IMG/VR virus record: IMGVR_UViG_3300020041_000023
Location: 1-6,261 of that record
Source of the DNA: a virus
Strand: one strand, 5' to 3'
Length of the DNA stretch: 6,261 nt
Shown here: positions 1 to 5,159 of the stretch, one piece after another
How positions within the stretch are numbered: the first letter of the stretch is position 1
How the letters are laid out: the number at the start of each line of letters is the position of its first letter
Made by a program: the position numbers and the translations under genes
The notes under the pieces: generated by a model
What the model saw: the letters and a program-made list of their open reading frames with translations, nothing else
What the model was told of the DNA's origin: nothing
The model's database searches: none

Positions 1-121
1 CTCAGGAATTGAAGAATCTTCAGTTTGCTGAACGTCTGTCTGCTGCTCAGGAGACTCAGATTCTTTTGAATTCTGAGGCTCAACGTATATTAAACCGTTA
101 TCTTGATGAACAACAGCAAGC
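1..121. repeat. Terminal redundancy copy 1, a circular-genome assembly overlap identical to 6141..6261
   Basis: Base-by-base comparison shows 1..121 (ctcaggaattgaagaatcttcag...caacagcaagc) equals 6141..6261 exactly. The reading frame of the ORF leaving the window end (codon phase 2 mod 3) matches the ORF entering at position 3 once 6140 is subtracted. Confidence 0.97.
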
Positions 122-584
122 CGACCTCTTTATTAAAGGTCAAACCTTGGTTAATCTTCAATTGAACGGTGCTCTTACGGACAAACAGATTCAGACCGAA
201 ATCCAGCGTGCTATCCTGACGGCTGCCCAGGCCTCTGGTCAAAAGATTTCTAACAATATCGCTGCGAGCACTGCTGACTCTTTGATTAAGGCTTCGAATG
301 CTGCTTATCAGTTACAGTATCGTGACGCCTCTTATGATTCTGCTAATGTTAAATTACGCAAGCATATCGAGTATAATACCGCTAAGGCTCAGCAAAAGCT
401 ATATGAATATGGTGCCGATTTAGCTCGGAAAAAGGGTCGTACCCATTATTGGGAATCTGTCTCGAATGGACTTAGTTCTATTGCTTCTGGTGCTGGTAAT
501 GTTATCGGATCTATGCGTCCTGGTGCCCAGGTTTTCCGTAATGATTATGGTCCTCGTAATACTACTATTTATAACGGTCGGTAA
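3..584 (+). CDS. VP2: DNA pilot / minor capsid protein VP2, C-terminal part. It continues the CDS that starts at 5603 across the circular junction. The TTG 'start' at 9 in the ORF track is an artefact of linearisation.
   Basis: The frame is open from the window edge to TAA at 582..584 and is in phase with 5603..6261 after removing the 6140-nt unit. The sequence is long and Gln/Ala/Leu-rich (AQELKNLQFAERLSAAQETQILLNSEAQRILNRYLDEQQQ...), which looks helical as expected for an H/VP2-type pilot protein. Third codon positions are T-rich. Confidence 0.88.
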   Translation, partial: QELKNLQFAERLSAAQETQILLNSEAQRILNRYLDEQQQADLFIKGQTLVNLQLNGALTDKQIQTEIQRAILTAAQASGQKISNNIAASTADSLIKASNAAYQLQYRDASYDSANVKLRKHIEYNTAKAQQKLYEYGADLARKKGRTHYWESVSNGLSSIASGAGNVIGSMRPGAQVFRNDYGPRNTTIYNGR

Positions 585-603
585 ACTTAATTTTCATCCT
601 TTA

Positions 604-810
604 GGACTAGAAGCCCATCGCGGCGCTTGAGCGATATACACCCGCTGCCCGCGTAGGGCCTGGTCGAAAAATGGAGCGGAGCGACTTCCTTATAGGAGCG
701 CCCCGCTCCGGTATTTTAGCACGGAGTGCGCAAAGGCAAGACAGTCCTGCCTTGCCGTGCCTATACACCCCTGTATACATCCACTTGTTAATTAAGCGAA
801 GCCCCTAGTT
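604..810 (+). other. GC-rich, hairpin-dense non-coding island inside the single large intergenic region (585..992). It is a candidate origin, primosome-assembly site or structured RNA.
   Basis: I counted 100 G+C in 611..780, about 59%, while the rest of the genome is visibly AT/T-rich. There are four consecutive stem-loops. H1 is 613-623/649-659 (GCCC..CGCGG with CCGCG..GGGC, 9 bp with a 2x2 internal loop). H2 is 673-679/703-709 (GGAGCGG/CCGCTCC) and can extend inward to about 14 bp. H3 is 719-724/755-760 (GCACGG/CCGTGC) plus an inner stem 733-738/748-753 (AAGGCA/TGCCTT). H4 is 762-767/772-777 (TATACA cccc TGTATA). A possible closing helix is ACTAG 606-610 with CTAGT 805-809. No ORF here carries the phage codon signature. 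Confidence 0.6.
673..718 (+). terminator. Possible intrinsic terminator downstream of VP2 (hairpin H2 plus a short T tract)
   Basis: A GC-rich stem GGAGCGG...CCGCTCC is followed by ggtaTTTTa. The T tract is only 4 nt and lies 4 nt after the stem, so this is weak. Confidence 0.25.
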
Positions 811-823
811 GTGTCCGAAAGGA

Positions 824-846
824 AATTTGAGTTATCATCTCAAATT
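824..846 (+). other. Perfect 8-bp hairpin AATTTGAG (ttatcat) CTCAAATT in the AT-rich half of the intergenic region
   Basis: The inverted repeat 824-831/839-846 with a 7-nt loop is read directly from the sequence. It is preceded by TCC-GAAA-GGA (814-823), a possible GNRA-type mini-hairpin. Confidence 0.5.
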
Positions 847-889
847 CGGTCTCTCTTGTCTATAAACGCACAACTCACACCCAACTGTA

Positions 890-992
890 GAATAAAAAAA
901 CTCCGAAATATTTTGTTTATTCAAAAATAATGTTTTCCTTTGCCCCTGTAGAAACCAACTCATTAAATTATTAACATTTAAAATTTAGCATT
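890..992 (+). promoter_or_regulatory. AT-rich leader and probable promoter region for the ORF64 - TM27 - M15 - VP4 - VP1 gene string
   Basis: This is the only substantial non-coding stretch upstream of the uninterrupted + strand gene array. It is very AT-rich (A7 run at 894-900). It has only near-matches to Bacteroidota-type elements (TAtTTTG at 909-915, TTTG at 939-942), and no exact consensus was found. Confidence 0.3.
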
Positions 993-1187
993 ATGCAGAA
1001 ATTTATTATCTCTCTTAAAGAAAAACAAACTGGTCGTGATGTTATGCCGCCTTATATTGTCAATTCTCTGGATGGTCTTGGAAATTATTCTGAGCGAGTT
1101 TCTCCGTTGGGTCTTATTGTTATTGTGGATTCAATTAAAGAAGAAGATAGTTTTGTTGAACTTAAAACTCAAAGTGATGAAAAGTAA
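993..1187 (+). CDS. Hypothetical protein, 64 aa, with no recognisable family
   Basis: The ORF runs ATG to TAA. T occupies the third codon position in 37 of 64 codons (hand count), matching the genome-wide coding signature. The overlapping alternative frame has only 8 of 47. It is the first ORF after the intergenic region. Confidence 0.62.
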   Translation: MQKFIISLKEKQTGRDVMPPYIVNSLDGLGNYSERVSPLGLIVIVDSIKEEDSFVELKTQSDEK

Positions 1188-1260
1188 TAATATTTGGAAA
1201 ATTATTATCGGTGCAGTATCTGCTGCTCTTGGTTATATTCTTAATGCTATCGGATTATGA
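1177..1260 (+). CDS. 27-aa single-pass membrane micro-protein (MKSNNIWKIIIGAVSAALGYILNAIGL), a candidate holin-like or membrane-disrupting lysis partner
   Basis: The ATG at 1177 is in the frame of track ORF 1036..1260. There is a short polar/basic N-terminus followed by an uninterrupted hydrophobic stretch of about 20 residues. T is at the third position in 17 of 27 codons, matching genuine genes. Without this ORF, 1188..1256 would be non-coding in a very compact genome. Its stop TGA (1258-1260) overlaps the ATG (1257-1259) of the peptidase as ATGA. Its start overlaps ORF64 by 11 nt. Confidence 0.55.
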   Translation: MKSNNIWKIIIGAVSAALGYILNAIGL

Positions 1261-1565
1261 ATATGTCTCTTATGCTTTTTCTTGATTACTTGTTGTGTTC
1301 TAATGTTCATTTTTCGGTAACTAGTGCAAGGCGTACTCCTGAACAGAATAAGGCTTGTAATGGTGCTCCTAATTCTCAACATTTAACAGGCGAAGCTATT
1401 GATATCAAACCTTACGGTTCTACTAGTTTTAGTAAGCTGCTTGAGATGACTCATGATTATTCTGATCAAATTTCTCCTCATGACCAGCTTATTATTTATC
1501 CTGGTTTTATTCATATTTCCTTTGGTCCGCGTTGTCGTCGCCAGGTGATTGATAAAAGAAAATAA
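1257..1565 (+). CDS. Zinc peptidoglycan peptidase, Peptidase_M15 (M15A/M15_3-like, LAS superfamily), a compact 102-aa endolysin-type enzyme
   Basis: The sequence SARRTPEQNKACNGAPNSQHLTGEAIDI contains the family hallmark SxHxxGxAxD (S40..D49, nt 1374..1403; His42 and Asp49 are the predicted zinc ligands). The C-terminal IIYPGFIHISFG (His86, nt 1512..1514) corresponds to the family's terminal 'fvHvD' block. It is start-coupled to the upstream TM micro-ORF, and its stop lies 2 nt before the VP4 ATG. Confidence 0.85.
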   Translation: MNMSLMLFLDYLLCSNVHFSVTSARRTPEQNKACNGAPNSQHLTGEAIDIKPYGSTSFSKLLEMTHDYSDQISPHDQLIIYPGFIHISFGPRCRRQVIDKRK

Positions 1566-1567
1566 TT

Positions 1568-3403
1568 ATGAAATATACTCCTGATTCACTTAAAGCTGCT
1601 GATCATTGCCAGCATCGTTCTTTTATAACTAATCGTTACACAGGTCAGCGCATTGCTGTAGATTGCGGACAATGTGATTACTGTATTCATAAGCGTGCTC
1701 AAAAAGCGTCCATGCGTGTGAAGACCGCTGGAAGTGCTTTCCAGTATTCTTATTTTGTAACTCTTACTTATGATAATGAGCATATTCCTTTGATGAATTG
1801 TGAGGTTCTGGATAGTGAGTATCAAGATGCTTTAAGTATTTCAGGAGATAAAGTTTTTGGTTATGAACGTCATTCTTATATCCCTGTTTCTGACTATCAA
1901 CCTGAGGATTCTTCCCTTTTGCGTCATATATTCTTCACGCAAGTTCAAGGCACAGTGCCGTTTGACCGTGAAATCAAGGAATATGTTTCTGTTAAGGACA
2001 ATTGGTTTCTTAGTATGGATGCTATTCGTAGTTTTATCCGTAAAACGCAGGCCGTTGACAATTCAGTATATCCCGTTGCTGAAAAATACGGTGTTGATAA
2101 CCTTATACCCTTTCTGAATTATGTTGATGTTCAGAACTATATTAAACGCTTACGTAAATATTTATATAAAGTTTTAGGTTCTTATGAAACGTTACACTTC
2201 TACGCTGTGGGTGAATACGGACCAGTCCATTTCCGCCCGCATTATCATATCTTATTATTCACTAACTCGAAAGAAGTCTCAGAGGTATTACGACAGTGTC
2301 ATGATAAGAGTTGGAAGCTCGGTCGTTCAGATTTCCAGGTTGCCCGCGGTGGAGCTTCATCATACGTTGCGAGTTACGTTAACAGCCTTAGCTCTGCTCC
2401 CTTGTTATATCGGTCATGCCGCGCATTCAAGCCCCGACAAAGAGCGTCTCTTGGATTTTTTGAAAAAGGCGAGGTTTTTGAGGAAGGTGAGGACGTCTAT
2501 CACGCGATTGAACAAAAGATCGATTCTGTCGTTAATGGACGAGTCTATAACTTCAACGGGATTAGTGTTAAATCAACTCCCCCCATGTCGTATATACGTA
2601 CCTTACTCCCCCGATTCTCAAGTGCTCGCTATGACGATGCTGTTGCGATTGCTAGAATTATTCGTGCTGTTGCAGATGCGCCAAAAAGAATTGCAAGGTT
2701 CGGTATTATAGATTATGATTCCGGTTCTATCCTTTCTATTGTTCGTGCTTATTATCAGTATCTTACATTGAATCATCACCTAACCAATGAAGACGAAATT
2801 GTATTACATAGTGCTCGGTGCCTTACTAGGCTCTGTAACTGTTCTTCTGATGTCGATATTGAATCTTATCTTAATAAGTTGTATCGGTTATTCCTTTATG
2901 TCAGCAAGTTCCTTAGGAATTGGCATCTGCCTCCCATCGGTGGCAATCTTGATTCTTATGCCAATCGTATTAATTTTATCATCAAAACCGGAATAGAATA
3001 TGAAAAGAAAGCCGATTATGTACGAATGTGTGATGCGCTCCGAATTCAAGAAACATGTGAATTCCCTTTATTGCGATATTTTTATTTACCAGCCTCAGGA
3101 TGTGAAGTGTCGACCGTTAAGGAGGAGGAAGACGGAACATTTTCCACGTACACTATTCGAGACAGAATGGCAGGAATCAAGCCGCTCGTCTTACATTTTG
3201 ATGACCCCCGAAAATTATTACTTTCCCCAGCTCTTTCTCGTTTGGTCGGACCATCCTTTAAAGCCTCGCAACCTGCAAATTACAACGATTTGTGCGACGA
3301 CTTACAAAGGTGTTTGGATAGCCGTTCATCGAAATACTGTCGCGATATGATTAAGCATAAGAAATTGAATGATGCAAACAATATATTTAACCGTATGGTT
3401 TAA
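1568..3403 (+). CDS. VP4: Rolling-circle replication initiator VP4 (HUH endonuclease, phiX174 gpA-like), 611 aa
   Basis: There is an N-terminal CGQCDYC cysteine cluster (aa 33-39). Motif I is FVTLTY (aa 63-68, nt 1754..1771). The HUH motif is HFRPHYHILLF (aa 221-231, nt 2228..2260). The double-tyrosine motif YVASYVNS (aa 266-273, nt 2363..2386) is almost identical to the phiX174 gpA active-site YVAKYVNK. Confidence 0.95.
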   Translation: MKYTPDSLKAADHCQHRSFITNRYTGQRIAVDCGQCDYCIHKRAQKASMRVKTAGSAFQYSYFVTLTYDNEHIPLMNCEVLDSEYQDALSISGDKVFGYERHSYIPVSDYQPEDSSLLRHIFFTQVQGTVPFDREIKEYVSVKDNWFLSMDAIRSFIRKTQAVDNSVYPVAEKYGVDNLIPFLNYVDVQNYIKRLRKYLYKVLGSYETLHFYAVGEYGPVHFRPHYHILLFTNSKEVSEVLRQCHDKSWKLGRSDFQVARGGASSYVASYVNSLSSAPLLYRSCRAFKPRQRASLGFFEKGEVFEEGEDVYHAIEQKIDSVVNGRVYNFNGISVKSTPPMSYIRTLLPRFSSARYDDAVAIARIIRAVADAPKRIARFGIIDYDSGSILSIVRAYYQYLTLNHHLTNEDEIVLHSARCLTRLCNCSSDVDIESYLNKLYRLFLYVSKFLRNWHLPPIGGNLDSYANRINFIIKTGIEYEKKADYVRMCDALRIQETCEFPLLRYFYLPASGCEVSTVKEEEDGTFSTYTIRDRMAGIKPLVLHFDDPRKLLLSPALSRLVGPSFKASQPANYNDLCDDLQRCLDSRSSKYCRDMIKHKKLNDANNIFNRMV

Positions 3404-3424
3404 AAATTTTAATTATTAACTATT

Positions 3425-5149
3425 ATGAGTGATTTTAATCCGCTAGACCGAGCGAAAGTTGCCGTGCATCGCTCTTCCTTTGACTTGTCTAGTAAAAAAT
3501 TGTTTACGGCAAAAGTTGGAGAGATTCTTCCTTGTTATTGGCAGATTGCTATTCCTGGTAACAAGTATCGTATTTCTTCTGATTGGTTTACTCGTACTGT
3601 TCCTGTTAATACGGCCGCATATACTCGTATTAAAGAGTATTATGACTTTTACGCTGTGCCGTTACGTTTGATTTCTCGTGCGCTTCCGCAGGCGTTTACT
3701 CAAATGACGGATTATATGACGTCTGCCGCTAGTAATACAGCTAACACCGAGATGTTGACTTCTGTACCGAATACTACTTTGAACCTGTTGTCTCTGAGTC
3801 TTCAAACGATCAGTGGACATGATGTCTTAGATGATGCCGGTCTTCCTTATGTTTATGGTGCTTCTAAGTTATTAGACATGCTTGGATATGGTTCTTTCCT
3901 TCATTCTACTAATACAGCTAAATCCATCATTACTCAGGCTTATCTAGGTAAAGATATGGATAATGATACTTATAACCCTTTGGTTTACAGTGTTAGTCAG
4001 ACTGTAAATCTTCTTCCGTTGTTGGCTTATCAGAAGATCTACTACGATTTCTTCTCTGAATCTCAATGGGAAAAGCACTTGGCTTATTCTTACAATGTTG
4101 ATTATTGGGACGGTAAATCTCAATTGAATCTTGCTTCTGAGATGCTTCAGCTGCGTTATGCTAATTATCCGAAAGACTACTTTATGGGTATGCTTCCTGC
4201 TAGTCAGTATGGTGCGGTTGCTGTTTTCCCGTCTATTTATATGCCTGAAGCTTCTTCTAATTCTGTCGTCGCTGTTGGTAATCCTAATGTGGACTATGTT
4301 GTTAATCCTGCTTCTTCTAGTACTGTCTCTACTTCTGGTGCGTTCACCTCTAAGCGTAATGTTACTATTAATTCCGATTTATCCGCCCTTTCAATCCGTG
4401 CAACAGAGTACCTACAGCGTTGGAAAGAAGTAGTTCAGTTCTCTAGTAAGGATTATTCAGATCAGATGGCAGCCCAGTTTGGTATTAAAGCCCCCGAATA
4501 CATGGGTAATCATTCTCATTATATTGGAGGTTGGTCTAATGTAATCAATATCAATGAAGTTCTCAATACCAACCTTGAAGCGGCTGATTCTCAAGCCGTA
4601 GTCGCTGGTAAAGGTGTTGGCTCTGCTTCTGGCCATATATTGACTTATGATTGTGGTGCCGAACATCAGGTGATTATGTGTGTATACCATGCTGTGCCTA
4701 TGGTTGATTGGAATCTGACTGGCCAGAATCCTCAGTTGACTGTTACGGCTATTACTGACTTCCCCCAACCTGCGTTCGACCAGCTGGGTATGCAGCCTGT
4801 CCCTGCTCTGAATCTTCATAACAACCCGTCTCGTTCTGTTTCTGGATCTATCGGTTATAATCTTCGCTACTGGCCATGGAAGACTAATATTGATACTGTT
4901 CATGCTGCGTTCCGTTCTGGTATGGCGTATCAGTCTTGGGCTGCTCCTATTGATGGTTGGGATGTTCTCACCTCTTCTGGTGCTTGGTCTTATCAGTCAA
5001 TGAAAGTTCGTCCTCAGCAATTGAATTCTATTTTTGTTCCTCAGGTTTCTGGAGAAAACTGTTCTGTTGCATTTGACCAGCTGTTGTGTAATGTCAATTT
5101 CCAAGTTTATGCTGTTCAGAACTTGGATAGAAATGGTTTACCTTATTAA
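3425..5149 (+). CDS. VP1: Major capsid protein VP1 (Microviridae F-protein family), 574 aa
   Basis: The N-terminal region HRSSFDLSSKKLFTAKVGEILPCYWQIAIPGNKY...YYDFYAVPLRLISR matches the conserved gokushovirus/phiX F-protein N-terminus (RSSFD..., ...G.L.P....LPGD..., ...FFVPLRLIW). The size, T3 codon bias and position after VP4 all fit. Confidence 0.96.
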   Translation: MSDFNPLDRAKVAVHRSSFDLSSKKLFTAKVGEILPCYWQIAIPGNKYRISSDWFTRTVPVNTAAYTRIKEYYDFYAVPLRLISRALPQAFTQMTDYMTSAASNTANTEMLTSVPNTTLNLLSLSLQTISGHDVLDDAGLPYVYGASKLLDMLGYGSFLHSTNTAKSIITQAYLGKDMDNDTYNPLVYSVSQTVNLLPLLAYQKIYYDFFSESQWEKHLAYSYNVDYWDGKSQLNLASEMLQLRYANYPKDYFMGMLPASQYGAVAVFPSIYMPEASSNSVVAVGNPNVDYVVNPASSSTVSTSGAFTSKRNVTINSDLSALSIRATEYLQRWKEVVQFSSKDYSDQMAAQFGIKAPEYMGNHSHYIGGWSNVININEVLNTNLEAADSQAVVAGKGVGSASGHILTYDCGAEHQVIMCVYHAVPMVDWNLTGQNPQLTVTAITDFPQPAFDQLGMQPVPALNLHNNPSRSVSGSIGYNLRYWPWKTNIDTVHAAFRSGMAYQSWAAPIDGWDVLTSSGAWSYQSMKVRPQQLNSIFVPQVSGENCSVAFDQLLCNVNFQVYAVQNLDRNGLPY

Positions 5150-5159
5150 TGTATTGATT

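Noticed and set aside
755-795. Possible dif-like XerC/D site centred on TGTATA (772-777) with TGTTAAT downstream
   Set aside because: TGTATA matches the E. coli dif central hexamer. However, the flanking 11-bp arms show neither the expected dyad symmetry nor the correct spacing: TGTTAA begins 9 nt after the hexamer rather than 3-4 nt. A clade-specific dif consensus would be needed to revisit this.
610-804. 7-bp direct repeat GAAGCCC (610-616 and 798-804) bracketing the GC-rich island, which might be a target-site duplication of a MITE-like insertion
   Set aside because: A 7-mer match between two windows of about 200 nt is expected by chance at roughly order one. No terminal inverted repeats are present at the putative element ends (atcgcggcg... 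versus ...ttaattaagc).
671-808. 45-codon ATG ORF (MERSDFLIGAPRSGILARSAQRQDSPALPCLYTPVYIHLLIKRSP) inside the GC-rich island
   Set aside because: Stop codons are rare in GC-rich sequence, so an open frame of this length is unremarkable. T3 usage is 8 of 45, unlike every supported gene. The ORF runs straight through the hairpin stems. I keep it only as a remote possibility, in case the island is a recent foreign acquisition.
604-850. Known small RNA classes in the island: tRNA-like, hammerhead or twister ribozymes
   Set aside because: There is no CUGAUGA...GAAA hammerhead core, no T-arm GGTTCGAATCC-type or D-arm consensus, and no cloverleaf with a 7-bp acceptor stem. I could recognise no twister-like conserved strands by eye. 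A covariance-model scan is still needed for a definitive answer.
1036-1176. Long form (74 aa, GTG start at 1036) of the TM micro-ORF, embedded in ORF64 and predicted to have about three TM segments, resembling a class II holin or phiX174 E-in-D
   Set aside because: In this segment T3 usage in that frame is only 8 of 47 codons, while the overlapping ORF64 frame has 37 of 64. The hydrophobicity is explained by the same frame artefact. The coding signature switches to this frame only from about 1177. The long form cannot be excluded, but the short form is better supported.
1240-1265. Programmed -1 frameshift fusing the TM micro-ORF to the peptidase to make a membrane-anchored (SAR-like) endolysin
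   Set aside because: There is no X_XXY_YYZ slippery heptamer or downstream structure at the junction (ggattatgaatatgtc). An ATGA start-stop overlap is sufficient and is the simpler explanation.
1586-1825. Minus-strand ORFs at 1586..1825, 4457..4903, 5094..5555, 5609..5989 and 5990..6223
   Set aside because: Each lies antisense to a strongly supported + strand gene (VP4, VP1, ORF147 or VP2). Their translations are low-complexity, Ile/Arg/Ser-rich and look like nonsense. Microviridae transcribe a single strand. Nothing supports them beyond being open.
3459-4433. Very hydrophobic + strand alternative-frame ORFs inside VP1 and VP4 (3459..3671, 4131..4433, 1857..2117, 2787..2996, 3000..3350), which could be mistaken for E-like embedded lysis genes
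   Set aside because: They are all in the same frame relative to the host gene, starting at its codon position 2. The T-rich third position of the real gene becomes their second codon position. That automatically yields Leu/Phe/Ile/Val-rich 'membrane-like' translations and removes stop codons. It is a compositional artefact until conservation data say otherwise.
5034-5159. N-terminal 42 codons of track ORF 5034..5603, which overlap the end of VP1
   Set aside because: This is a hydrophobic alternative-frame read-through of VP1 (MFLRFLEKTVLLHL...). The first ATG after the VP1 stop (5160) gives a clean non-overlapping start 10 nt downstream, consistent with the packing of the other genes.
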